Shown here: positions 27,280-40,729 of the stretch, piece after piece
Layout: every line of letters begins with the position of its first letter
How positions within the stretch are numbered: position 1 is the stretch's first letter
DNA from: Octopus sinensis
Lineage: Eukaryota
DNA: 64,000 bases
Assembly: GCF_006345805.1 (NCBI RefSeq)
Contig: NC_043014.1
Location: 37,696,001 to 37,760,000 of the forward strand
Direction: 5' to 3'
Position numbers and translations under genes: made by a program
The notes under the pieces: model-generated
Database searches by the model: none
The model's input: only the letters and a program-made list of their open reading frames with translations
Told to the model about the DNA's origin: nothing

Positions 27280-27789
27280 TACATACACAAATGCAGAAAG
27301 GAAACGAAAGAAAAGCTTGAATAGCTAGTGGGATTTATTTGAAAAACAAGGCCGAATAAGAGTAGATTATCTAATACGCAAAATCGATTATTGATTAATT
27401 GAAATAATCTCAGCTTCCGGGGACATTAGAACGATTGTTTAGTAGCTCTTGGGACCAGTTCCAAACGAGAAAGGGTGATAATCTCAAAAGTCAAGAATTC
27501 TACATAATGGACATGTTCTCCTGGAAAAGGCGATCTGATTACTTGGAAACACGCACGAATGCACACACGAGCGCGCGCACGCATACCCGCCCTACATGCA
27601 CATACTTATATGGTCCTCCATCGGTTTCGGTGTTGAGGATTCAGTTGTTCGATCAACTGAATTACCCGATCATTGAAATAGTGTGTAAGTGGCTGAGTAT
27701 TCCAAATGCACCCTTAACGTAATTCTCAAGCAGGATCGGCGTGACACAATGCAAGTCATGCGTAAATCGATTAATGGCAATTACAATCC

Positions 27790-28006
27790 ATCCAACGGGT
27801 TTCTGTAGAGTTACAAGTTGCGGATCCGTGGAATAAGCTGCCGGACGAGATTGTGAAGATGCCGACGACCGCTCGGTTCAAAGTCTCTCTTGACCAGAAA
27901 TGGCCTGAACTCTTTGCATGAACACCCTCCCTGTACATAACTCCATGTCCCCCTACATGGCCTTGCTTTTTGCTTTTTGAGCCAAAAAATTAGCTTAACT
28001 TAACTT
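27790..28006 (+). mobile_element. CR1-type LINE 3' fragment
   Basis: VADPWNKLPDEIVKMPTTARFKVSLDQKWPELFA* (WN.LP..V.....FK..LD motif) followed by a short UTR and (TAACT)n tail. Confidence 0.8.
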
Positions 28007-28303
28007 ATGTGTCAATACGAAGCTGAAAGAAAATCACACACACAGACACACACATTTGTTTTATTGGCTGGTACTAGTATATTTGTCTCATTAAACATTC
28101 TTCTTTGACCAAGACGAACAAAAACAATAATAATGAATTTAACGAAAGGATTAAAAGAAAGGAACCGATCATCGAATAGACTTCTGGTAACGTTTAAGGA
28201 GGAATTGCACAAAATAATTAAGAATATAAAATTTAGAAAATTCCCTAGAAGACCCAATCATGGGTGCTTATAATGCCCTCAATCACATTTAAGAACGGTT
28301 ATA

Positions 28304-28444
28304 TTAGGTTGTCCCAAAAGTTCGTAAACACTTGCGAAAATTGAATTTTTACTCGCCAAGTACTAACAAAAACAACAAAAATTATTCCTCAAAATAAAGA
28401 CCATTATTTTCCAAGACTTTCTACGAACTTTTGGGACAACCTTA
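28304..28444. mobile_element. Mariner-type MITE
   Basis: TIRs aggttgtcccaaaagttcgta / tacgaacttttgggacaacct, TA-flanked. Confidence 0.8.
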
Positions 28445-28515
28445 TAGTTCTTCCTTGTTGGTACACATTTGCTTATTGCTTATGTATGTGTATGTTTGTG
28501 TGTGTATGCGTGTGT

Positions 28516-28840
28516 AAGGTGCATGGCGCCCTGGTTAGAGCGTCGGGTTCACAATCATGAGGTAGTGAGTTCGATTCTCGGACCGGGCGGTGTGTTGCGT
28601 TCTTGAGCAAGACACTTTATTTCACATTGCTCCAGTTCACTCAGCTGTAGAAATGAATTGCAACAATTCAGCTTGGTGCCAAGCTGTATCGGCCTTTGCC
28701 TTTCCCTTGGATACCATCGGTGGTGTGGAGAGGAGAGGCTGTTATGCATGGGCGACTGCTGGTCTTCCACAAGCAACTTGCCCAGAATTGTGCCTCCGAG
28801 ATTTGGCCATTCATGACTGAAGGTGGTCTTTACCCTTTAT
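28516..28840 (+). mobile_element. SINE family D (tRNA-like head, cttgagcaagacactttatttcac core)
   Basis: Related copies at ~24150-24405(-), 46180-46330(-) and 58789-59100(+). Confidence 0.75.
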
Positions 28841-29019
28841 AGATGGCTGGATGCGTGTGCACGTACATATGGAAAATAGAATTTCTCGAATACTCTGAAG
28901 GATCCTTAGACGTAAATGTAAATAATTTCTGTTGCCTAGGCTGGTGCAAGTATACTTATCTCATTAAGCATTCTTCTTTGACAGAAAAATGAATAAAGAC
29001 AATATTTGGAGGAGGATGT

Positions 29020-29558
29020 CCTGAACGTATAGTTGCTAGAATGAGGAACGGCTGGAGAATGTTCAATAGCTATAAACTCTATTGGTAACAAAAGGCATCT
29101 CGCTCAGAATGAAAGGTAGATTGTATGATACCTGATTACGAACGGCAGTGCTACATGGTAGTGTAACGTGCACCATGAATGCAGAGACCACGCAAAAACA
29201 AGAAAGGAATGGAGCTAGCATGCTCTTTTGGGTGTGCAACGTAAGTGTGAATGTAGGACGAAGTGGTAATGTTTTAAAAAGAAAATTGAATATAACAGGC
29301 GTCAGATTTTGTGTATAGAAGAGAAGACTGTGCTGGTATTATCATGTAGTGCGTATGTATGAGAACAGCTCCATAAAGAAGTGCGAATTGCGAGCTAAAT
29401 GTGGCATGGGGCCTGTAGAAGGAGAATCGGGAAGATGTGAGATGAAGCTGTGCAGACCGACCTTTGGGTATTGAGCTTCATAGAGGAAATGAAAAAGGAC
29501 TGAGATGATTGACAATTTGCTATGCTCGAGAAGACCTGTCAGTCTTAGCAAAGAAGAT
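29020..29558 (+). pseudogene. Decayed RTE LINE ORF C-terminal fragment
   Basis: RIVARMRNGW...LLVTKGISLRMKGRLYD..RTAVLHGS...ERNGASML; same family as 8690-9100. Confidence 0.75.
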
Positions 29559-30515
29559 GGGCAAGTGTCTTCTACTATAGCCTCGGGCCGACCAAAGTCT
29601 TGTGAGTGGATTTGGTAGGCGGAAACTGAAAGAAGCCCGTCGTATATATGTATATATATATATATGTGCGTGTATGTTTGTGTGTCTGTGTTTGTCCCCC
29701 CTAGCATTGCTTGACAACCGATGCTGCTGGTGTGTTTATGTCCCCGTCACTTAGCGGTTCGGCAAAAGAGACCGATAGAATAAGTACTGGGCTTACAAAA
29801 AGAATAAGTCCCGGGGTCGAGTTGCTCGATTAAAGGCGGTGCTCCAGCATGGCCGTAGTCAAAATGACTGAAACAAGTAAAAAGAGAAAAAAAGAGAAAA
29901 AAAAAAAGAGAAAGAGAGGTCTTAAAACCATTTTGTTTATATCCATGCCCTGTACTCAGTTTCTCTCTGCCAAGCCTTCCCTGCAACGTATTTTCCTACC
30001 ACACATTGCTCCATCACTCTTAAAACTAAAGCATTATATGAGAGCCGAACTGCACATATCTCACCCTCTTCTTTTGTACCGCCAGTTACTCCTCTCCTTA
30101 GAACCACTTCCTTCGTCACCCATCCCGCTCTCTCAGTATCACTTTATCACCACACCTTATCACTTTATTCATCACACCCACATCATCGCTCCTTACATTT
30201 TTTTGTGTGTTTGTCACTCACTATATCCATCCCTACGTATCTCTCTCTCACCCCTGCCTCACACTCTCCACACTATTTCCCTAGTTCTATTCTGTTTTAC
30301 TATACTATTTCTCACCACCACACCTTTTATGTACTGCCATCTATCACATCCTCCTTGCCCCACTCCTATTTTCCTTCACTTTTCCCCCAAACAGGAGATT
30401 CACTGTTGACTTCGCCCCCGCCCGTATTTTGCTATTCACTGCATTCACCTCGATCCCCTGTCTCTTACCATCGATCAAAAGTGTTGCGACTTATCCGTAC
30501 ACTTTTCCCAATGCT

Positions 30516-30601
<86 letters not shown>

Positions 30602-31244
30602 TCTGTGTGTGTGTGTGTTGTGTGCGGAGGCGCAATGGCCCAGTGGTTACGGCAGCGGATTCGCGGTCGTACGACCGCGGTTTTGATTCCCAAACGTTGT
30701 GAGTGTTTATTGAGCGAAAGCACCTAAAAGCCCCACGAGGCTCCGACAGGGGGTGGTGGCGATCTCAGCTGTACTATTTCGCCACAACTTTCTCTCACTC
30801 TTTCTTCTGTTGGCCTGCTCGCTTAGCCAGCGGGGTGGCGTCATTTGAATGCTAAAACAATGCAAAGCGCACTGTGACCAGCGATATGTAGCAACATCTG
30901 ATAGCCTGTCGCTTTCCGACAGTAATGAGACTGAAACAGTAACTGAAATACAGGCATCGTGTACAGGGTAAAATGACATTTTAATATTAATATTTATACT
31001 CGAGTTCAAATTCTGTCGAGGTTCACTTTGCCTTTCATTCTTGTTTTTTGTTCATGCCAAAATTTCAAATCAATATTCATGGGCGTAGGAGTGGCTGTGT
31101 GGTAAGTAGCTTGCTTACGAACCACATGGTTCCAGGTTCAGTCCCACTGCGTGGCAACTTGGGCAAGTGTCGTCTGCTATAGCCTCGGGCCGACCAAAGC
31201 CTTGTGAGTGGATTTGGTAGACGGAAACTGAAAGAACCCATCGT

Positions 31245-31298
<54 letters not shown>

Positions 31299-32087
31299 TT
31301 GTAATGTGTGTGTGTAGGTGGGTTTGTGCCCCATACTGGGCATATATCTTTTGTAGGCGCAGGAGTGGCTGTGGGTAAGTAGCTTGCTTACCTACCACAT
31401 GGTTCCGGGTTCATTCCCACTGCGTGCCACCTTGGGCAAGTGTCTTCGACTATAGCCTCAGGCCGACCAAACCCTTGAGTGGATTTGTTTGGTAGACGGA
31501 AATTGAAAGAAGCCCATCGTATACATATACATATATATACACACACATACACACACACATATATGTATGTATATTTGCATGTGTGTGTATATGTTTGTGT
31601 GTCTGTTTCGTCCCCCCAACATCGCTTGACAACCGATGCTGGTGTGTTTACGTCCCCGTAATTTAGCAGTTCGACAAAAGAGACCGATAGAATAGGTACT
31701 AGGCTTACAAAGAATATGTCCTGGGGTCGATTTGCTCGACTAAAGACGGTGCTCCAGCATGGCCACAGTCAAATGACTGAAACAAGTAAAGAGAATAAAA
31801 GGTGTCAAGCTGGCAGAATCGTTATCACTCCGGGCAAAATGATTAACGGCATTTCTTTCGGTTTTACGTACTGAGTTCAAATTTCGCCGAGGTCGAATTT
31901 GTCCTTCATTCTTTCGGGGGTCGGTATAAAAAAAGTACCTGTTGAGTATTAGGATCAATGTAATCGACTTATCCCCTCCACACAAGATCCTGAATTTGAG
32001 CCAAAATTAGAAAGGAAGAAAGAATATTAATATTTGTACTTCCTAATGTATTTTGCATGCACACCGATGCATTTATATTTATTTTGG

Positions 32088-32793
32088 GGATCTTTACCTT
32101 TTGACCGACAGATTTAAAAAAGAATTTTTTGCAACTAAATACTTTCAAATTTCGGATACTGGTAGAATGTGTCATAAAACATCTTTTAGTATTAGCGTTT
32201 TTGAGAAAAGCTTATATTTAGGAAGTTATTTTACGTTATAGTTGTCGTATTTTGGTAATTTCGACCAATCAATGTCGTGTATTCAGCTGCCGTTATTTGT
32301 CAACAACAACTATTGGCGGTGTATTTTTCGTTTGTCATTGTTATTTATGACATTGTTCATGCGTTTGTACTGGTTTTAGCTTTAAGGTTTTAGGGTTAGG
32401 GTTAGGGGTTTAGAGTTAGGGTTAGGGTTTTAGGGTTAGGGTTAGGATTAAAGTTAGGGTTTTAGGGTTAGGATTTTAGGGTTAGGGTTAGGGTTAGGGT
32501 TTTAGAGTTAGGATTAGGGTTGTCATAAATAACAGTGACAAACGAAATATATACCGCCGGAAGTTGTTGACAAACAACTAGTAATTTTATTCAGCTGAAT
32601 ACACGTCATTGATTGGTTGAAATTACCGAAATACTACAACTTTAACGTGAAATAACTTCCTAAATATAAGCTTTTCTCAAAAACGCTAGAGTAAAAGATG
32701 TTTTATATGACACATTCTACCAGTGTCCGAAGTTTGAAAGTGTTTAGTTACAAAAAATATTTTAAAAATCTGTCGGTCAAAAGGTAAATATCC
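32088..32793. mobile_element. GG-ended MITE (Merlin-like) with ~260-bp TIRs and a central TTAGGG-type array
   Basis: ggatctttaccttttgaccgacagattt / aaatctgtcggtcaaaaggtaaatatcc; 8-bp flanks tattttgg / tattttag (7 of 8 match); (TTAGGG/TTTTAGGG)n at ~32385-32520. Confidence 0.88.
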
Positions 32794-33729
32794 TATTTTA
32801 GCTCTCTATTATTATAAAGTTTTGAGCGCTCAGTGGCTACTACATAAGGATAACCAGAAAGTTGTATTGTGAAATACCTGTTTTCAGCGCTTTGTCGTTA
32901 AAGCATTATTTCGTACAGAATAAAATGTAAGCAAATTGTCTAAGTGTCAAAAATCCCAAGCTTGTCTGTAAGATTCAATTGCCGAGTAGTGCCAGCATTT
33001 CGTAAAACACTAACCTTATTACTTCCACATCAATAACATGGAATCGCCCAAAACTGTACTTAAAATACTTCTATATGTACATAACCCAGTTTATTTCACT
33101 GGCGAATGAGAAGAAATAAACACGTCATGATTATTTTTCCACGTCATCTGGTATTTGGTATTCAGAAATTTATGTACGCTGTATAAGAATGTATACATAT
33201 ACTGATATACAGGAATGTACATATCTGTTCAAGAATATACATAGATAGTAAAAAAAAAATTAAAAAAAAAAAAAGCAAATGGGTATCGTTTTACAACAGA
33301 TGTCGTTCTCTTTCTAGTTAAGTGATCTTTTCTTCATAGAATCTCACATCAATCTACAGGTCTATGCTATCAGACACTTCCAAATACTCTTTGAATTGTA
33401 TGTAATTACCAAACATAAGAAAAAAATCATGATTTTTATTGCAAATAAAATATCGATTTCAAATATTTTTCTTGATGATAAAATATCTATTTCAAATAAA
33501 ATATCGATTCCAAAGGCCAGCAGTTATGGGGGCAGTGGGTAAGTCGATTACTTCGATCCCTGTGCTCAACTGGTATATATTTTATCTTCCCCTTAAGGAT
33601 GAAAGGAAAAGTCAACTTCGGCGGAATTTGAACTCAGAACGTAAGGACGGACGAAATGCCGCTAAGCATTTTGCCCGATGTGTTAAAGATACTGTTAGCT
33701 CATCGCCTTTTATTGTTAATAAAATATTG

Positions 33730-34178
33730 GGCAATGTTTCGTTTGTCGTAGCACACGTTTCCGTCGATTTCCTCCGTCGATTTCCGTAAAAAACTTTTAT
33801 TTTTTTACATATGGCTTTGCGGGAATATTTGAAGTAATGAGAGCGAAAGAGACTAAGAGGAAGCGATTTTATGACGAGGGAATTTCTTTTTGAAGTCCCC
33901 GTGTGTGTGTTTGATGGGGTGTGGGAGACAGACAGTATGTTGTGTAAGTGAAGTGCTTCTGTTAGTGTGTGCGAAGAGACAGAGAGAGTAATGTGTGAAA
34001 GAGAGAGATAACTGAAATTTTTTACTCGGTGTATGTGTATATGTATGTGTGTGTGTGTATGTATGTGTGTATGTATGTATGTACGTATGGCCGATTCAGT
34101 GTTTACATTTTTTACGGAAATCGACGGAGGAAATCGACAATCGACGGAAACGTGTGCTACGACAAACGAAACATTGCC
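33730..34178. mobile_element. GG-ended MITE (Merlin-like), second family
   Basis: ~65-bp TIRs ggcaatgtttcgtttgtcgtagcacacgtttccgtcgat...; perfect 8-bp TSD aaatattg (33722-33729, 34179-34186). Confidence 0.9.
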
Positions 34179-34266
34179 AAATATTGTTATAACAGCATAT
34201 TCTCACTAACTTTGCTAAGACAAGAATTAACTTTATAAATCTATCCAATTTCAGCAGTATACTTAC

Positions 34267-34672
34267 CTGTCAAGTCCATCCCCTCCCCACCGTGTTGGGG
34301 ACGCTGGCAACGGGTAGTGTCAGAGCTATGCCGTCGGGAACTTCGGTTCCTGGTTGGGCCACCCAAGGCGGATTGGTCTGACACCGAGTGGTATTAGGGC
34401 TACAACCCGGCAGACGGGGCTCTGGTGAAAATCCTCGCAGTGTCTGTTTCGGCAACCGGCGCTTCCTCGGTCGTTCTGCTCCTGCGTCTGCGGACAATCT
34501 GCGGCAAACAAGATGTCTCCACATGTGGGATTGTTGGGGACCGTTTGTGAAACCCACATATTCCCACGAAACTGCTTCCATGGTAGAAGAAACCGACTCA
34601 ATCCGCCCAGGGTGAATGTTGCCACAAGTACGAGTACTGTCAAGTGATTCAATTTGAGGCCGTGTATTGAAA
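34267..34672 (-). other. GC-rich segment bounded by minus-strand splice-like signals; candidate antisense exon or retroelement UTR
   Basis: Minus strand has tgttttag at the 34673 side and CAG|GTAAGT at 34267/34266; no recognisable protein domain. Confidence 0.35.
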
Positions 34673-35930
34673 CTAAAACAATTACGAGATGGAGAACACG
34701 TATTACCTATTCAAAACCACACAGAAAATGTTAACTTTGTTAAAAGCATTTATTAGACTGTTTAATACGATTTTTGTCCTTGGGAAACAACTGTTATTTC
34801 CGATTTGCTTACCCCTGGGAAGCATGGAAAAAAAATTCCTTCAAACTTCGCATTTGTTACATTTTTTCAAAGCCCGAAGAATTTTTTTCATCACATGGCT
34901 GTGATGCTCCCCCACTAATCCTGCTCATGATCAGAGATGCACATATTGTCGGCCACTAAGGACATACTCAAGTAGTTAAGGTCGAGCAAATGACAAGCAA
35001 ATCTGTGGTATTGGGCAGAATATTTGCTATAACTATATTTCTGCTTCAGCAATTCAGCGCTGAATCTGTCTGAAATGTAATGGAAAATAGGTCAGTTTCC
35101 AGGTCATGAAAGCAAAGTTTGAAGGGAATAGCAGTCATTTCCTTTGATTTCTAGATAGAAGCAAATAAGAATAATATTTACTGGCCAAAGACAAAATATA
35201 ACTAATAAATAAGCAAGTAAGAATTTGTTATATGGTGTAAAATTTTTCGTCATGCCAACTACGATCTGATTGCAGATGCATTAGAATCACGTCAGTGACA
35301 AGGTTGCAGTTGGTGCGACGAAAATTTTTGACACGAAATTAATAAATATTGACGTTAACATTTTTTGTTTGTTTTTGGATAGCTTATGTGTATCTTCCAC
35401 GCTGTAATTGTTTAACCTATCTATCTCGAAGAAATAAATAGGAGACAACCTCCCTAGTTTAAGTTTACAGGTTGAATTACTTCATTTCATGTACTAAAAA
35501 TTATTTTCTTTTAGTAACTTTGTAACTCCACCAGCAATAAATAAATAAAAACAGAAAGAATAAACATGAATGTCACAACTCTTCATATTTTCAACGTAAA
35601 ACTCAGGATTATTTCTCCGAAAGGAAACGGTTATTATGAGCTCTTTTGATATCACATTTGCTCTCATCGATTTTTTCAAAACAGTAGCTTTGAGATCGAC
35701 TTTTTGTCTAATTTAAAACTGTGCGAAACTTAGTTCAATAAACCATAGTAAAACGCATGAATTATAAAATATATCATAGCTTTTGTTCTCTTCCAAAAAT
35801 TATTTATGACTGGAATGCTCAAAGACACGGTTTCATAAATATTACATCGATCTAAAACATAAAAAAAAAATGTGATTGCAAAACATGTGACGGTTCAGAA
35901 ATCATACTATTGTATTTGCGTGTAGTGTAG

Positions 35931-35981
<51 letters not shown>

Positions 35982-36029
35982 CGCGCGCGCGTGCACATGC
36001 GTGCCTGTATGTATGTATGTATGTATGTT

Positions 36030-36530
36030 GCATGGTCGGGTCGTCGGCGACTAAACCAGCAACCCCACCAAGCTTGCTTGGTGAGGAGGGTGTTTATTGG
36101 ACACCCTGCGGGATGAAAAACGAAACCCGTCAAAGGGCGGAGGAACTCTTGGGAATCAACGGCCATCCAATAAATGTCTTAAGGCTGTATCATGCGCGGG
36201 GACATAGAAATAATCGGACTGAATACCCGATCGCGCGGTTAAACCATTGGGAGTGAAGGACTCCTAGCCTTTGTTAGGGCATCCTTCTAGGAGAGGGTAA
36301 CTCAGGTAACTGGGATAACTCCGACATAAAACCTGCGGCTCAGTGGCTACCGATGATGTTGACTTGTTCTTCTTTTCGGATTATGACTGCTGTTGCTTAG
36401 TGAGTGGGATTGACTCAGTGCACAGCCTTTCCTCACTTTAAAAAAAATCTTCTTGCACAGGCATTGCATGATAACAACATTGATTAAGCTTCGTGCAATG
36501 GCCATACTCGATAACGAGGGGGAAGCCACC
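36030..36530 (+). mobile_element. ~500-bp GC-richer insertion in an (ATGT)n tract; probable non-autonomous retroelement
   Basis: (ATGT)n on both sides; hairpins caccaagc-tt-gcttggtg and agggtgt-ttattgg-acaccct. Confidence 0.5.
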
Positions 36531-37026
36531 ATGTATGTATGTATGTATGTATGTATGTATGTATGTCTTTTTGATCGTTTTGTTTTTGCGTGTTTCAGTC
36601 ATTAGATTGCGGCCATAGTAGGACATCGCCTTAAAAGAACTTTAGTCGAACGAATCAACCCCAGTACTATTTTTAAAGCTTGGTATTTATTCTAACGTTC
36701 TCTTTTGCAGCGTGATTAGTGACCTGTGGACATACAGCTAGGATTCAATGATCTCGACGTCGCCCTAAGGCGGTGTCGTTCTTTTTCACCCTGCCTTTGA
36801 CCAGACCGGTTACGCCTGTCTGTGCTCCTCGCTCTATCCTTTAGGGCATTTTCCATTTCTCCTTTGTGTCACCCAGACCATTCTGTTTGACAGCCGCAAT
36901 GGCCTTTTTCCGTTGCATATATATAATTATTCCTTTTCTGTTGTGTTTGTATACTTATTTTTTGTTGTTGTATACATACAACTGTTACATTATTTTAGTT
37001 TGTTTTGTTTATTTTTGTACTTATGG

Positions 37027-37384
37027 TATATGTTCGTTAGGTATTCCTTGTAGATTTCTACTCTGGCACTGCCGAAGACAGAGTAGTATCAATGTTAAAA
37101 GCGGGAAACCACTATCATCTCTTGGACATTGACTGATGAGGAATTAGCTGCTAATTTTCCATGCACTATGGTTTTGTAAAATTTTCCGATATGCTTTTGC
37201 TAAATTTTTCCGCCTATTGTGTTCCTTTTATTCAATCCTTGAAAATGTGTGCGTGTGTGTATAAGGGAAAGACGGGAGTTAAAGAAACAAGATCTATATG
37301 CATCTATATATATATACATACATATATATATTAACTTCATACATACCTAATATAATACATACATATATATATATATATACATAC

Positions 37385-37456
<72 letters not shown>

Positions 37457-37808
37457 GTATGTATATATATATAATGTATGTATATATATTTTATGTATTA
37501 AGTATATAATATATATGTATGTATATATATATAGATGCATATAGATCTTGTTTCTTTACTCCCGTCTTTCCCTTATACACACACGCACACATTTTCAAGG
37601 ATTGATAAAAGGAAACACAATAGGCGGAAAAATTAGCAAAAGCATATCGGAAAATTTTACAAAACCATAGTGCATGGAAAATTAGCATCTAATTCCTCAT
37701 CAGTCAATGTCCAAGAGATGATAGTGGTTTCCCGCTTTTAACATTGATACTACTCTGTCTTCGGCAGTGCCGAGTAGAAATCTACAAGGAATACCTAACG
37801 AACATATA
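37027..37808. repeat. ~290-bp inverted duplication around a TA-rich spacer
   Basis: 37027-37320 is the reverse complement of 37518-37808, differing mostly by single-base indels. Confidence 0.92.
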
Positions 37809-37933
37809 ATATATATATATATACTATATATATATATATATATAATATATATATATACATAGCAAATATATATATATACATACATATAAGATAATATAAA
37901 ACTATGACATACATATAAATATAGCATACATAG

Positions 37934-37966
<33 letters not shown>

Positions 37967-38232
37967 CAACACATATATATATATATACACACACATAATA
38001 TATACATATCTATATACATACATATATATACACACGTATATATACATATATATATACATACATATATATACACACACATATATATATATAAACATGCATA
38101 TATATAATATAATATACATTATACATACATATATACATATACATACATATATAAATATACATACATATATACATATATATATATAATACATACATATATA
38201 TACATATATATATACTACATATATATATACAT

Positions 38233-38263
<31 letters not shown>

Positions 38264-38745
38264 CATATATTACATTATATTATATATATATATATACTCT
38301 TTACTCTTTTCTCTTTCTTTTACTTGTTTCAGTCCATTTGACTGCGGCCATGCTGGAGCACCGCCTTTAATCGAGCAACTCGACCCCGGAACTTATTCTT
38401 TTTGTAAGCCCAGTACTTATTCTATCGGTCTCTTTTGCCGAACCGCTAAGTAACGGGGACATAAACACACCAGCATCGGTTGTCAAGCAATGCTAGGGGG
38501 ACAAACACAGACACACAAACAAACACACATGCATATATATATATACATACATACGACAGGCTTCTTTCAGTTTCTGTCTACCAAATCCACTCACAAGGCA
38601 TTGGTCCGCCCGGGGCTATAGCCGAAGACACATGCCCAAGATGCCACGCAGTGGGACTGAACCCGGTACCATGTGGTTGGTTAGCAAGCTACTTACCACA
38701 CAGCCACTCCTGCGCCTATACATATATACATACATATATATATAC

Positions 38746-38780
<35 letters not shown>

Positions 38781-39075
38781 CATATATATACATATATATA
38801 TATACATGCATACACACACACACACATACACACATATATACATATATATATATATATATATAGACAGAGAGGGAGAGTGAGAGTGAAAAGATGCAATGGA
38901 ACTGGATTTTGTAGCTACGAGTTCTAAATTCAAATATGCGAGTTTCCCCTTTCTTACTCGCTGCAATATGGACTAGAGAAATAAATATACATGATCGATT
39001 GAACCAACTATTAAAGACCACTATCTCTTATCCAGTATCTTAATCGTAAAATTTCTTGTTTTTCCCCCCTTCCAG

Positions 39076-39203
39076 GATCCGTTGTGTGTTATAAGAAATT
39101 CCGTAAACGACGAGGAGTTTGTAAGCGACCGTTAAAGAGACAAGTCTATTCAACAGCCATTCAGTGCTGTAGTGATCGAGGTTCTGGTTGGACAAGGAAA
39201 GTG
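39076..39203 (+). CDS. Internal exon A of a properdin-like TB+TSR secreted protein; first part of TB-like domain (xSVVCYKKFRKRRGVCKRPLKRQVYSTAIQCCSDRGSGWTRKV)
   Basis: Pyrimidine tract + ccag acceptor (AG 39074-39075), gtgagt donor at 39204; open in phase 1->0; Cys pattern C-x10-C-x14-CC; phase matches the next exon. Not in the ORF track. Confidence 0.8.
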
Positions 39204-39239
39204 GTGAGTGAGCCTTTGCTTCTAACTATCTATTAATCA

Positions 39240-39288
<49 letters not shown>

Positions 39289-39310
39289 TACTACTACTAA
39301 TAATAATAAT

Positions 39311-39861
39311 AAATGCTCTGATGCAGTACCAGGCAGTGGCTCTCATGGCTTCTGATCTTAACTGATTGGAAGTGTTATCATGTACATTGTTTTGTCTTGG
39401 TATAAAGATGGGCTAACAGCAAATATTCTGCTCAATACCACAGATTTGCTTGTCAGTTGTTTGACCTTAACCAGTTGAGCATGTCCCTTAGTGGCTGACG
39501 ATATGTGCATCTCTGACCACGAGCAGAAGTAGTGGGGAGCATCATAGCCATGTTTGAGAGGGATTCTTTGGGGTTTGAATAGTTCACCTCTGGAAACATG
39601 GTGGTTCTTTCAACATCCTTAAACAACCCTTATTCAGGGACTGTTTTGAGCGGATGGGCTACTCAACCCGAAGAAAATTCTAATGGGCCCCCCTGCAAGG
39701 TCATGTGCTGTTTATCTTGATATGAGATCACCATGTCGCGCACATATGGTTGTGATGCATGTGCCTGGTGTACCTTTATCAGACGGGTAGTCATGATGGG
39801 TATATTGGGCTTCGTAAATTTTACCCCAGTGTCACTTTGATGGCATGCACTGCTCTCTCAC
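39311..39861 (+). mobile_element. Third copy of the ~550-bp repeat in an (AAT)n tract; partial opposite-strand copy at ~34893-35030
   Basis: Similarity to 1455-1996; (TAA)n on both sides. Confidence 0.85.
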
Positions 39862-39916
<55 letters not shown>

Positions 39917-40729
39917 TAATAATAATAATAATAATGATGATAATAATAATAACGATAATATTGATGATGATAATAATAATAATAATAATAATAATATTGA
40001 TGATGGTGATTTCAAATTTTGGCATCAGACCAGCAGATTTGGGGGAAGGGTTTAAAGTCGATCACATTGATCTCAGTGTTCAAATGATACTTATTTTAGC
40101 GATCCCGAAAGGATGAAAAGCAAAGTCGACCGCGGCGGAATTTGAGCTCAGAACGCAGCGATTGAAGGAATGCCGCAAAGCATTTTTGTCCCGTGTGCTA
40201 ACGATTCTGCCAGCTCACCGCGTTAGGCGCGGTGCAAAGGGAATTGGAAACTTATTGTATACAGTGCTCAGGTACACAACAACTCATCAGAAAAGTCACC
40301 AAAACTGCATGAACATGTACATAGGTAAGCACTGGTAGTGAACAGTGAATAAGTCTTAAAAAACAAAACAACAGCAACAAAAATAATAAAAAAGACCGAG
40401 CTTTGGAGCCACAGGTGTACTGTTAGTGAATTTCAGGAAACATGATAGATTTGATGGGTGTAGTGTTTCGACAGCTACAACTGACGGCAGTAGTTTGGTA
40501 GTGCACTGGCAGAATAGTTACTGCGTTATTTATGATATATTTAATCTCATTTACGTTTGTATGAATAAACGAGTGTATCTGAAACATGTTTACTTCATGG
40601 TACCACCATAATCGATCGTGCATTTCTACTGTTTTTAGTTTTTTTTCCCGTTTTTCAGCTACTATTTTCAGAAATACTTTTTGCCCCAGCCGCCCCTCCC
40701 CTCCAATTTCTTCATTTTTCACTTTTTTC

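Noticed and set aside
32385-32520. True telomere or chromosome-fusion scar
   Set aside because: Degenerate, short, and enclosed within MITE inverted repeats; recurs in other copies of the element.
37131-37245. Hammerhead from CTGATGAGG...TCCTTGAAA
   Set aside because: Stem II pairs only by consuming core bases, and no convincing stem III or cleavage triplet follows.
38936-39043. MRVSPFLLAAIW... as the signal peptide of the TB+TSR gene
   Set aside because: Different frame from exon A, stops before it, and no convincing phase-1 donor follows the hydrophobic stretch.
40270-40295. Minus-strand CTGATGAG as a hammerhead core
   Set aside because: No stem II or GAAA downstream.
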